Origin: Octopus vulgaris | Taxonomy: Eukaryota | Assembly (NCBI GenBank): GCA_951406725.2 | Contig: OX597822.1 | Location: 100,564,001-100,628,000 of the forward strand | Direction: 5' to 3' | DNA: 64,000 nucleotides | In this document: positions 27,055 to 39,780 of the stretch, in pieces | Numbering within the stretch: the first letter of the stretch is position 1 | How the letters are laid out: each line of letters starts with the position of its first letter | The notes under the pieces: generated by a model | Told to the model about the DNA's origin: nothing | What the model saw: only the letters and a program-made list of their open reading frames with translations | Database searches by the model: none | Translations under genes and position numbers: made by a program

Positions 27055-27787
27055 ATTGTCGAATACCAATCGTAAAAAACTTAACTTTTCTGTTCGGATC
27101 TTCTTAATTTAGAACATGGACTATTCCAACTTTTTCAATGATGGTGCTTTAAAATCGATGGACGCTTCATTTTGAAATTCCTATCTCAGATATTTTTGAA
27201 CTATGCTAACGTGTTTCTAGTACCCTGCCTTGCTTTGTGCGGCTCCTACATCTTTTCTGTCTCCCGGAACATTTCTTCCATCAGCCTCAAAGTTATCTCT
27301 AATTCGCGTGATTGTAAGTCGCCTAGGTGGATGTGTTTGAAAAACTCCCTTCTAAATTGTCTTTGCACTTTGACTACATTTTCAAACTTGAGCAAGACAC
27401 TTTATTTCACGTTGCTCCAGTTCACTCAGCAGTAGAAATGAGTTGCGACGTCACTGGTTCCAAGCTGTATCTGCCCCTTTGCCTTTCCCTTGGATAACAC
27501 TGGCGGTGTGGAGAGGGGAGGCCGGTATGCATGGGCGACTGCTGGTCTTCCATGAAAGAACCTTGCCCAGACTTGTGCCTCAGAGAGTAACTCTCTAGGT
27601 GCAAACCCATGGTCAGTGTCTGACCGAAGGGGGTCATAATACTAGCATTTTAGGACAAATTTCCTTCGTTAAAAACTTAAATCTGGTTTCCTTCATTATT
27701 TCTAATGGGTAAAATGAAAATAGAAATGAATATTGAGCGAATAATCAGCTCTCAAGCTGTGCATACACTTTCTGACGACACCCTATA
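27055..27787 (-). mobile_element. Decayed Tc1/mariner-superfamily transposon 5' part (DUF4817-type HTH N-terminus), interrupted by a SINE
   Basis: Minus-strand end TATAGGGTGTC (Tc1-like TIR start) at ~27787 and ATG at 27694-27696. Frameshifted peptides KFVLKC / KFENVVKVQRQFRREF / PPRRLTITRIRDNFEADG / SVHR-LK / VHVLN*EDPNRKVKF match the N-terminus of this transposase class. Confidence 0.75.
27387..27635 (+). mobile_element. SINE family C (V-domain-like CTTGAGCAAGACACTTTA block), 5'-truncated
   Basis: Homologous to 5940-6196 (shared GTGGAGAGGGGAGGCCGGTATGCATGGGCGACTGCTGGTCTTCCAT...GACCGAAGGGGGTC) and to the head fragment at 13765-13910. Confidence 0.85.
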
Positions 27788-27859
27788 AATCTCGGTTTCT
27801 ACAATCAACTTGCTTTTTTCTCGCTCTGTCATGCTGTGTGCGTGCGTGCGTGCATGCTT

Positions 27860-27916
<57 letters not shown>

Positions 27917-28675
27917 CGCGATCTAAGGGTCTGTTTGTGGAGCGAAACGGACACCTGTGTCGTATCTACTTCTGTATATTAGAAGTATATTAGAGAAATA
28001 TTCCCACCTCAGTAAAACTAAAATGCCACATCCTTAATATTCGCCATTCTTTTCCACGACCCAAGTGTTTTTAATGTAAGCATTGATTTCAATAAACAAA
28101 CTCCCACATCTCCCCCCCCTCTCTCTCTCTCACTCTCTCACTCTCTCACTCTCTTCCTTTCGCCCTCTAAAACATTCCCACTTTTCCAGCTAACATTCTT
28201 TCGACTTGTTAATTAGCATCGTAGAACGTAGTGCTATTATCTTATCTCCAGGGGTGGGGTGGTGGTTTATTCTAGACTTTTATTTATTTTTTATTTATTT
28301 TTATATTGCTTTTATACCCGGCTGAAAGCATAACACGTTTCGCTAAAGTGTTGTGACCTATTTGACTATTTGGGGAGCTATCTTTTGCTCCTGCACTGCG
28401 CTCACCTAAACTCAACCAACGGGAAACTCCTGTGCAATGTTCCTCCAAGCTTTCAGTTTGTGTGCGCACACGTGTTTTACAACTTGCGCACAAAGCGCCT
28501 ACATACATACATACATACATACATACATACATACATACATACATACATACATACTTATGTGCGTGCGTACGTACATACATACGTACGTATCTATATATGC
28601 ATGTATGAATGTTTTTTTTTTTTCTCTTTCGGGCTTTTTTTTTTCGTTCTTTCTCCATTTTTTTCCCTTTCAATC

Positions 28676-28711
28676 CTTTCTGTTGAAAAGCGTAGGCTCG
28701 AAACGTCGAAG
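28676..28711 (+). ncRNA. Minimal hammerhead-like motif, second subfamily, in a Penelope-like remnant (~28660-28800)
   Basis: CTTT-CTGTTGAA-aAGC gtag GCTC-GAAA-CG-TC-GAAG. Related copies at 14486-14521 (+) and 1576-1611 (-) share downstream flanking sequence. Confidence 0.5.
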
Positions 28712-29671
28712 ACTTTTCCATTCTTTCCGAGCGTTAAACTAATACACCGGTTTGTGGTTTCTTCACCTGTCTTTGTCTTTTGTTTTCTGTAAATTTGAAG
28801 TGTGTATGTGTGTGTATTTAACTATCTATATAAAATGTGCCCAGAAATATATTTGATTAATCTCCACTGCACCACCAAATCAAAACATCGAGACTTACTG
28901 CCTTGATTCCCTAGACAATATAGCGCTTCTTCAAACATCAAATAAATAAGCTGAAATTAAATTTCCCTATTTTAACTAAATCTAAACCGTCTTTCTTGTG
29001 CAGCAAGGAAATGACTTTATCTCTAACTTTGGTTTCAAACGTAGACAAACGAATTAATATAGAGGATAACATGATTTCAATTACTATTAATTCAATTAAT
29101 CTAAGCGTAAGCAAGGAGGTAATATTTGAAGTACAATTAGTTGTTGCATAACTACACTTCCATAGAGTCTAATGCCAAGTGTTGTGTTTTAAGTCAATTG
29201 TCAAAAGATTGGTGAAACAGGTGAAATTGGTGATTATGTATCAAAGTTTGAGTGTCTCTGGTAATTTAGACTTGGAGTTTCCTATCCTATAGTTGATTAC
29301 TGATTTCAGAATTAGAATCTAAAACGCTGGCCATTTATTGCTTCAACGAGTACATTCTTTGCTAAAAGGAATTTGACTGAAAATTAAATACTTGATGACT
29401 GAGGAAATTATCCTCGAACCAAAAAGTTCAACTTACAGTCGAAGTCAAAGGTGGAATTTAGAAACACTACAATTAGCCAGACAAGAAAAAAAAGGAGAAA
29501 AATAGGAAAAAAAGAAGACAAATATTAACGTCTTGAAATATTTCATTCTGTCTTCTTTCGGAGTTCATTGGTTTCATTACACATACATACATACATATAT
29601 ATGCATCTATATATGTATATATATATATATATGTGTATCTGTGTGGATATGTGTGTGTGAATATATGTGTG

Positions 29672-29728
<57 letters not shown>

Positions 29729-29742
29729 ACATGCATGTGGCA

Positions 29743-29788
<46 letters not shown>

Positions 29789-31330
29789 AGTACACACATA
29801 CATACAAGCACATACGTATACAGGTGCAACACGCTATCTAAAAGGTAGCGTTATTCAGTAACGGAGGCTTTATATCAAGAGATTATTTAGTGCATATTTT
29901 TGCATATGAGAAAGAGGGCAAATGACGAAATAGATTAACATGAAGGGTAAATGACAGTAAATATTAGAGTCACTAACGTAGGCGATCTATAATTGACTGG
30001 AAATGTAGATATTATTTTGTCCTCGGTCAGCCGTGATTGAGCAGACCTATGATGTTTTTCAGCGACTTCTCTTTCAAGGGCATAAGTATGTATGTATGTA
30101 TGTATGTATGTATGTATGTATGTATGTATGTATGTATGTATGTATGCATTGTGTATGTAGGGTAACAGCAGATATATTCGAATGAATGTTCAGTATTTAA
30201 CAAGTATAATAGATTTATTGTTTGGGAAACTGTGCCGGACTTTCAGCCTGAGAAGTTTAATGACAGCCATTTTACCTCTTTTCTTTTTTCCATGAGAATA
30301 CATCAAACTTCCTAGAATTTTACATATATCTCTACATTTATCGATTCTGCTGCATGAATGCTCACAGATCACTTCTCCGTATAATAAACGTACAAATAGA
30401 TACGTATCTATATACATTTATATGTACATATATTATAAATGCATATATTCATACATAGCAGCCACCATACGGTACCTGCGCAGACGTCGATCAACATTTA
30501 TTGGAGATAGAGACCTCGAGATAATCTGTTCTTGTAGGAAATGGTAATAAGATGCATAGCGAAAGCATCGAGAAATAATCCAAATCCGCTTGTAAATTTT
30601 ATAGTATTGTTGTTTTAATAAGTTATTTCTTATTGGCCAGTTTCTTAATCCTCTTGTTCAAGATTACATTGCACTGTATGAAATCCATTTATTTTAAGGC
30701 TGCTATTTATATATCTGAAACGAATGTGTCTCTCTTGCATAAGCTCACGTAGCCTAGTTCAACAGTGTCGAAATCGCATCTTTCTCTATCTGTTCGTTTT
30801 ATCTGTATTGGATTTCGTAATTGTGACATGTTCTTATTCCTTCTATCTTTTGCAAAGAAATTCTCAGTTTGCTGAAACAACAGACATTATTTTAGTTCAG
30901 TTATGATATAATTAAACATAGCAAGAAACCTGTGAAAATAAACAGCAGACAAAGACAACGAAACGAAACAAGTGAACAAACACACACACACCGAAATGAT
31001 TTCTTATTCATTTCAATATTAACGAATTTTGATAATATCATTTATCTTTTACTTATTTCAGCCATTTAATAGCGGCCAAACTGGGGCACCGCCTTGAAGG
31101 ATTTTAGTCAAACAAATAAACTCCAGTACTATACATACATACATACATACATAAAATTAGAACTTAAATGGTTTTTAAAGGTTCACAATTTGCATCTATA
31201 TATATATTTATAGGATTGATATTTATATGTGTGTATGTGTATGTATGTTTATATGTTTGATATATATATATATATTATGTATGTGTATATATATATATGT
31301 GTGTGCATATATACATGTATATATATATAC

Positions 31331-31375
<45 letters not shown>

Positions 31376-32097
31376 TATATGTATGTATATGTATGTATGA
31401 ATGTATACATACATAACATATTATACATAAACACACATACACATGAGCTCACACACATATTACATTAGTCATTAGAAAGGCAAACGGCTGAACATAAAAA
31501 TGGTTAAACGATATTCTCTTGTGTACCTCTAACCAGAACATCAGAAGTTTCATATATATATATATATACAAATATGCATGTTTGTGTGTGTGTGTGTTTT
31601 TTTTTTTTGGAGGTGGGGTTTAAATCACTCATTTTGGTAATTAGATATTAAAAGAAAGACAATTAGTCAGAGTCCAGTAGATCGGACCAAATTTTCCTGA
31701 TTAGTGCCTAAGTAGATTAAAATTGAGTAAGTAGCCGTTTGCAGACTTCCAGCTTCATTTATCATCTCGTGTGTGTGTGTGTGTGTGTGTGTGTATGTTT
31801 GAATGTGTTGATACAGAAACCCGACTTACATGTAAGTCGGAGTATGAGTTTTCTATTCTTAAATACACACAAATAGTTTAATATATTAAAATAAAACCGT
31901 GACTAATCCTTTTTGACAATATCCTGTATTTCTCCACTCTTTTTATGTTTTTTTTTTTTTTGTTTTCTGAAACGCAGAGATTGCTCGTGTGAGGTATAGA
32001 ATAGTAAATTCATGAGACACAGGTTCGTACCCGGTTAGAATCACAGAGTTTTTTTTAATATTTTGTAGGGGTTTGCTCCCCGATTTTACGTGTCTTG

Positions 32098-32506
32098 CTC
32101 TTTTACTCTTTTATACTTGTTTCAGTCATTTGACTGTGACCAGGCTGGAGCACCGCCTTTAGTCGAGCAAATCGACCCCAGGACTTATTCTTTGTAAGCC
32201 TAGTACTTATTCTATCGGTCTCTTTTTGCCGAACTGCTAAGTTACGGGGACGTAAACACACCAGCATCGGTTGTCAAATGATGTTAGGGGGACAAACACA
32301 GACACACAAACATACACACACACACATATATATATACACATATACGACGACGGGCTTCTTTCAGTTTCCGTCTACCAAATCCACTCACAAGGCTTTGGTT
32401 GGTCCGAGGCTATAGTAGAAGACACTTTCCCAAGGCGCCACGCAGTGGGACTGAACCCGGAACCATGTGATTTGTAAGCAAGCTACTTACCACACAGCCA
32501 CTCCTG
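32098..32506 (-). mobile_element. SINE family A, near full length
   Basis: Reverse complement of 37556-37951. Confidence 0.9.
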
Positions 32507-33073
32507 TCTGAGGAATAAATTTTCAATGAAATCTCCCCACCGAAAGTTTCTTCACACAATCACACACTAAGGGCTTGGGTGAAATTTTGTAAATAGAATT
32601 ATAAGCCTTCACCGTTTATTGACAATAGAAAGTAACGAAATATAATTTAATAAAATAGAGTATAATTGATAGATAAAAATTTAGTGAGTCATTAAAGCTA
32701 AAATGAAAATCTCGACGAATTTATTGGATCGCTCGACTGAGTCTTTTAATAGTCGTTTTAACCATAGACATAGTACACTGCTTGTGACAATATTTTATTA
32801 TACTGATGGGTTGTGCAGCAATATGTATATAAGTCACCAAAACCTGCTTTTTTTTTTTTTTTAATCACTAACACTAAGAAGGACAAGAGAAATTTCGATT
32901 AGTATCAATTTCCAGAACAAAACAGAACCACATCAGTATGACGAAACCCAGTCTCATTAGTCCAACGCCCAGCTGAGCTTGTTCGATTATCTGCAAATGA
33001 CTTCATAATTTAAGTCACATTAATTAATGAATTAACGAAAAAAGAACAAGCTTTATGTAATCACTCTAGTTAA

Positions 33074-33150
33074 GTTATAGCTGTTTCTGCTAAGCGAAAG
33101 CCCAGAGATGAGTGTCAGTGCAATATCTTGTAGCTTCCTCAGAGCCATTT
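33074..33150 (-). ncRNA. Inverted, more diverged copy of the same hammerhead-like motif
   Basis: Minus strand reads aaatggct-CTGAGGA-A-GCTACAAGA...ttagc-a-GAAACAGCTATA and aligns to the plus copy. Confidence 0.55.
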
Positions 33151-33170
33151 GAAGGAAGTCTCTTCATTAA

Positions 33171-33246
33171 AATGACTCTGATGAAGCTATAAGATGTCGC
33201 GCTGACACTCAGTTCTGAGTTCTTATAGCGAAAACAACTGTAGGCT
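33171..33246 (+). ncRNA. Type I hammerhead-ribozyme-like motif (Penelope-type) with branched stem II
   Basis: CTGATGA (33178-33184), A, GCTATAAGA...TCTTATAGC (perfect 9-bp stem II), GAAAA, CAACTG, TA. Stem I is degenerate. Confidence 0.6.
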
Positions 33247-34023
33247 AATGAAAGCGATTACGTAAACCCTATTCCTTTAATCTCGAAGCGGAAAGTCTCT
33301 AACAATTCGCACATACCTCCTCGCTGGCGGTACCTAATTAATACAGTAATATATAAATAAGAGATACACATTGCGTTTTATTATAGGTAAGATATTGAGT
33401 CTTAAGAGCTAGTTGTTGGTTCCGCTATGGCGGAATCATTAAATGATTTTAGCTATGTATATTTTCTGTCCTACAATTCAGAATATTTTGCCAATGTAAA
33501 CCAAACGAAACGAGTCAAATGATTGATGGAGAAAATAATTTATTCAACATAAAAAAAAAGCAATGTAAACCATACTCTTGTGGCGTTATAACACAATTTT
33601 ACACCTTTCCTTTACAGGTTTCAGTCTTATCTTCAATGTATATATTTACATAATGCAACAGATGTACCGTAGTTTTTGTAAACACTCTTCTTAACACCGA
33701 AAACTTTTACTAGCAAATATGTCAGGGTTTGGTAAACATGCAAACAATTCAGCTTTCTCATAAATCACATCTTTTCCTCGAGGTTTTTTTTTTACAACAT
33801 TAAAATTTAATTCGAGCCATTGCCTGGATATTTTGGAGTGGACGCTCGATGTACTAGTTATAGCAGTCGAATTTCCCCTTTACGTCATGTAGTCTTATAT
33901 TTGCAAACAGACGAGATTATATATAAATGTAAATATGTGCGATTTCTGCGTGAATTAGGAAACGGTTGCGATAGAAATTTTGTTAATGGAATTATGAGCT
34001 TCTGCCATAAATTAATTATAGAG

Positions 34024-34173
34024 AATAGTCCAATATAAGCCCCCGTAACGGGAAACAAATGGTACGCATGGGAATCGAACCCACACCATAAGACGTGTGG
34101 ATTCGATTCTCATTCGTACTAATACCCATTTTTTCCTGTTACGGGAGCTTATATGCTCTGATATTAGACTATT
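34024..34173. mobile_element. Fold-back / MITE-like palindromic element
   Basis: ATATAAGCCCCCGTAACGGGAAA...TTTCCTGTTACGGGAGCTTATAT, plus inner arms GTACGCATGGGAATCGAACCCACAC / GTGTGGATTCGATTCTCATTCGTAC. Confidence 0.7.
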
Positions 34174-35013
34174 TTATATTAGTTACTATACAATGAAGGC
34201 TTATGATTTTATTTACAGTATACGTATGCTCAATACTTTACAGTAGCAGACATATTTATTAATTTTTTTTAAAGAAATGGTTGACAGTGACTACGAAGTT
34301 TCAGATTACTAGACTTTCTATATAGACAACACTTGTGAAACAAGATGAAAAGTAACCCTTGAAATGACTGTGAAATCTAATCTTTTGTCTGTAACCTCAG
34401 CCACGTATACATACATACATACACACATACAAACATAAATGTGTGTGTTTGTGTGTGTACGTGTGTGTATGTGAGTGTATAAAAAAATCAGCGCAATTAT
34501 GAAAGTTATACAGTTTTATTAAACCACATCCTGTAAATAAAATCAATTGAGTGTTCGTTGCATGGAAGTGTGTTTTGTTTTTGTTTAGCCAAGGGTAGCG
34601 CTGAGTGAGCAGGCGTACGATCAAAGGCTTTCAACAACTGCGTTCTACCCTTAGTTTTTTAGATGACATTATTCAATGAACTTGTGTGTGTGTATGTGTG
34701 TGTTGGCAAGACAAATAAGACAGACAGAAATCAATACGTGAGTAAATAGGTGTTTTTTGTTACTTTAATCGGCAGACTATTGCAAAAGTGACTTGGAAAC
34801 TGGGAGTTTAGTGCATAGTTTTATAAGTACTATGCACGAAGCACTCAGCCATGAGTTTCTTTTGTAACTTTCTGGTGATTAAAAACAATAGAAAGCACGC
34901 CAGATGATCGCGGTGACGTGAAACCCAAGTCACGAGACAAATTCTCAGTTTCAGTGTATGTATGTATGTATGTATGTATGTATGTATGTATGTATGTATG
35001 TATGTACGTACGT

Positions 35014-35071
<58 letters not shown>

Positions 35072-35750
35072 ACTGTTCCGTGATGATCAACAAAATAAGT
35101 ACTCCGTCTGGTGAGAGATAATATCATTTAATAAAGACAATATATATTTTCATGAGCAATTATAAGTTTCATGCGATGAAAGCAGCTCAGAGAACACTTT
35201 TTTAAACACGTCTGGTGCTCTCACGCAATCTTCGGGCTTTATATACACATACACACACATGTACATATATATATATATATGTATGTATGTATGTCATTAT
35301 TTAGTTTATTTCAAGATTTCTTTCTAATTTGTATGTATGTCCTTATTCAGTTTATATCAAGATTTCTTGCCAATAGAGAAAGAACCGGTTTCTAATGTAG
35401 ATCCAAGGCTCCTTCATTGGAATTTCAACACCAACAACAGGGTGGTTTTGTTTGTTTGTTTGTTTGTTTGTATGTATGCATGTATGTATGTATGTATGCA
35501 TGCATGCATGTGTGTGTGTTCAAGATATTTTTATGATTTGTCTTTCTACTGCGGCCATGCTGGGGCACCATATCGATTCTATTATTTATTGCTGAGCTGA
35601 GTTTGACATTTAATTTAACTCAAAGCTATTGTCGAACTGCTAAGCTACCGGGCATAATGATAATTAATACCATTTCTCAGAGACCACAAACATAAACTTG
35701 ATACTCTCTCTAATACATATACATACACACACACACATATATTATATATA

Positions 35751-35975
35751 TATTTCTTTACTACCCACAAGGGGCTAAACATAGAGGGGACAAACAAGGA
35801 CAGACAAAGGGATTAAGTCGATTACATTGACCCCAGTGCGAAACTGGTACTTAATTTATCGACCCCGAAAGGATGAAAGGCAAAGTCGACCTCGGCAGAA
35901 TTTGAACTCAGAACGTAACGACAGACGAAATACCGCTAAGCATTTCGCCCGGCGCGCTAACATTTCTGCCAGCTC
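35751..35975 (-). mobile_element. SINE family B, near full length
   Basis: Highly similar to 6667-6900. Decayed copies at ~1825-1925, 50250-50455 and 55150-55262. Confidence 0.9.
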
Positions 35976-36701
35976 TCCACACACATATATTATATATACG
36001 TTTACACACATTTACACATGTACACACACGACAGCCTTCCAGATTCTACTCCCAAATAATTTGGTCAACTTATAGCTGTACGCACCCAAGGTGCCCCGCA
36101 GTGAAATCGAACCTGCAACTCCGAATTGCGGCATCGAGTTTAACGGGAGCTTACCTTTCCGTCGGCTCTACCACTCTAGTCTCCCCCACTCCACATATTT
36201 TCAAGCTTAATAATTTGTTACACACAAGGTATTTATATTTACTGAAGACGGAAATGAAAAATGGCACAGGTGTTTTTTTCGTTTTCTTTTTGTTGTTGTT
36301 ATTTCTTCAAGGGCATTTAGTATTAGAAACTACTAGAAGGAAGTCGAAATCACCTTGTGGACACACGTCGGTACATATCTCTTCATTGCTGCTGTTACGA
36401 CTTGAAAAAGAAAAAAAGAATATAGCAGAAAAAAAATATTAATCGTTTACATATGTATCGATTCCTCGTCCGTAACCCTAGTGGCAAATAACAGAAATCA
36501 TCATCGTCATCATCGTCATCATCATCATCATCATCATCGTCATCATCGTCATCATCATCATCATCGTCATCGTCGTCATCATCGTCGTCGTCGTCATCAT
36601 CATCATCAGCAGCTGTATTTTTTTAATATTATTACACGTTTTTTTAATGTTATCCCCTCTGTCCTGTCCTAAATGTTCTTGAAGCCCTGGAGGCCAGTGA
36701 A

Positions 36702-36757
<56 letters not shown>

Positions 36758-36783
36758 ATAATAATAATAATAATAATAATAAT

Positions 36784-36815
<32 letters not shown>

Positions 36816-37316
36816 TAATTATTCAATGGCATTCATTCCTTCTTCATTCTCAGCAAAGCAAAAAGATTCAACAATAAACGCTTTTTTTCCCCCCCTTTTT
36901 CTTTTGTTTTTTTATTTTCCTTTATCCCTTTATTCCTTTATTCATAAACGTATCTCTGCTGATAATTTCTATGATAAATATAAAGAAATACAAAGAAATA
37001 CAAAGAAAACGGAAAACTTCTTTCTAGTAGCTTCGTTACATAATACAGACATTGTTATGATGTTGGTCGCTACCTTCTTAAGTGAACGCCATCTGTTACC
37101 AACAAGATCAATGGCACGATCTTCTAAACTGTCATAATTCACTGTGTTTATATTTAATATTCTTCGGTATCACAAAGTGTGGGAGGGAGTCTAAAAAACA
37201 GTTGCAATACCCAAAGACTACTCTGCCACTGTTTCGTCCTGTAACCGTAAATACTAATTAATGTAAAGCTATCTTCTTTGGTTAGGCACGAAGCCAATTT
37301 TTTTTTTTACAACAGA

Positions 37317-37440
<124 letters not shown>

Positions 37441-37474
37441 GTCTATCTGTCTGTCTGTCTGTCTATCTATCTAT

Positions 37475-37527
<53 letters not shown>

Positions 37528-37555
37528 CATATATATATATATTTATATACATATA

Positions 37556-37951
37556 GGCGCAGGAGTGGCTGTGTGGTAAGTAGCTTGTTTACCAACCACA
37601 TGGTTCCGGGTTCATTCCCACTGTGTGGCACCTTGGGCAAGTGTCTTCTACTATAGCCTCGGGCCGACCAAAGCCTTGTGAGTGGATTTGGTAGACGGAA
37701 ACTGAAAGAAGCCCGTCGTATATATGTATATATATGCGTGTGTGTGTTTGTGTGTTTGTCCCCCTAGCATTGCTTGACAACTGATGCTGGTGTGTTTATG
37801 TCCCCGTTACTTAGCGGTTCGGCAAAAGAGACCGATAGAATAAGTACTGGGCTTACAAAAGAATAAGTCCCGGTGTCGAGTTGCTCGATTAAAGGTGGTG
37901 CTCCAGCATGGCCGCAGTCAAATGACTGAAACAAGTAAAAGAGTAAAAGAG
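37556..37951 (+). mobile_element. Full-length tRNA-derived SINE, family A (my label)
   Basis: Head GGCGCAGGAGTGGCTGTGTGG with A/B-box-like motifs, CCTTGGGCAAG core, internal TA/TG microsatellite and (AGTAAAAG)-repeat tail. Many homologous copies in the window. Confidence 0.9.
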
Positions 37952-37997
37952 AGAGAGTATATATATATATATATTTATATACATATATATATATATT

Positions 37998-38055
<58 letters not shown>

Positions 38056-38559
38056 TTTATACACACACACACATATATATATATATATACACATATATAC
38101 ATATACATATATACATACATGCGCACGCACGTAGTATACACTCTCACTCATACACACATATATATATAATTATATGCATTCGTATTACAATCAGTTTTGT
38201 ATATTACTGGAATTTAGTCAGCTTTCTCTATATAAAGTTTACTGTGTCGAGATTCGAACTCAAAGCCGTGGAAGACCAAACTCCACACACACACACCTCA
38301 ACCATTCAGTCCCAGCTCCCCGCCCTAATTACTATAAAGATAAACAAATGCCATCGCGTGGTATGACAAGTATAAATAAGTGAAACCCTTGGCAGAAATG
38401 AGTTGTCATGTGTTGCGATCTATTTCAATACAATAACCACTTTCGTATATTCGTCTCGGAATTATTAATAGCCTTCCCAACTTGAATTTTAGATCCAGAA
38501 AAGTAAGATAAGGTGTGAACTATATTTAGTGAAATCGCTATTGCTACCACTTCACATTT

Positions 38560-38945
38560 GCTTTGCTTATCGATTGTGAGATGCGCTCTCACTCCCACCA
38601 CTACTACTCGCGGAGCGATATAGTTCGTGTTGGGAGTTAGTGTTATATGACTTACGACAATTGGAGTGATTAGGCTGTTTGAAGCGAGGTGGCGCAGTTA
38701 TACATGTTATTGTGCAAGTTAATAGTGCTTACAAGATGGCGGTCGGTCGTTCTTTTGTAGGAAGTGAGATGGAACCATGAGGTTCGACTCTTACAGCTGT
38801 TTCATCTAAATATTCCGGATATAACTGCACGAATTACTAGAGAATATTCTACCGTACGAGAAAAAGAAAACAAGTTGTTGATAGCTTTTATGTTATAAAT
38901 TTTTATTATTATTATTCGCCATCTCCGTCGCCGCCGCCGCATTCA
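38560..38945 (+). promoter_or_regulatory. CpG-rich promoter / 5' UTR of the kinase gene with YY1-like and ETS-like motifs
   Basis: Non-repetitive, CpG-retaining stretch. CAAGATGGCGG (YY1 consensus) at 38732-38742, AGGAAGTG (ETS-like) at 38759-38766, (GCC)n at ~38929-38940, all upstream of the ATG exon. Confidence 0.6.
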
Positions 38946-39213
38946 GTTCAAACAACACAAATACGAAAAATTAATTATAAAGACTGTATGTAGTGTGTGT
39001 TTCCTTTTTGCTCCCCTCTCTGTGTTTTTTTTTTAAGAAAAAAAAAATTTACATTTTGTATTTTCACAAGCAAAAAAAATACATTACAATCAGATCAGTG
39101 GTGCATTTCTTAATTTACAATACTTCCCACAAAATACGCATCTACCGTCTCTAGAGATATCTCTATATAAAAAGAAAGGAGGGAGAAAGAAAGATTTCTA
39201 GTTTTACCTCCCA

Positions 39214-39228
39214 ATGGCTGGACAGCAG
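39214..39228 (+). CDS. Putative first coding exon (MAGQQ) of the GCK-III/STK24-25-26-like kinase
   Basis: ccaATGG start with an in-frame TAG 15 nt upstream (39199-39201). Ends at a strong phase-0 donor CAG|GTAAGA that matches the phase-0 acceptor at 60359, giving [16 protein letters not shown]. Lies just downstream of a CpG-rich promoter-like region. Confidence 0.7.
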
Positions 39229-39746
39229 GTAAGAAGGTTTTTGTTTATTTTCCTTTCATATATCTCCCCTTTTTCCCCTTTATATTGGCTCTCAACAATG
39301 GAAATTTTAGTTAGTTTACTTACTTATCTATCTAATCCGTTTGTTGGATTGAAGTTTTCTTTTAACATATTACATATAAATGATCCTGTGTTGATATTAT
39401 AATTGATATTTAATTGCAGTTTATTGTTGGAAAAAAAAACACACACTGAAACATTTCTTGACTTATATAAAAGCTATTACCTACTTATTTTTAGTATAGA
39501 TAGCTAATGTATAATGCATATGTAGTAAGCTGATCGTTATGAAGCTTATATTGTGTCTGGAACTATTGTGAATGGACTAAAATGTTGACATGATTATTAT
39601 TATACACTGGATTTCATGTCCAATATTATTACACTTATTATTATTTATTATACGTACAAGACTTTCCGTATCTGCACTGTAGCTATCTCTTGTCTCTCGA
39701 ACAGATTACTGAAAGATCATCTCTGGTGTTTACATATATGCGGGTG

Positions 39747-39780
<34 letters not shown>

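Noticed and set aside
37556-37630. tRNA gene (also SINE-like heads at ~1225-1290, 13765-13815, 41435-41495)
   Set aside because: A/B-box-like motifs are present but there is no complete cloverleaf. Most of these continue directly into SINE bodies.
38781-38850. Minus-strand GAAACAGCTGTAAGAGTC resembling the 3' half of the 33.2-kb hammerhead, and a GGTTCGACTC B-box-like motif
   Set aside because: No CUGANGA partner and no tRNA cloverleaf found. Could be chance or a very old relic.
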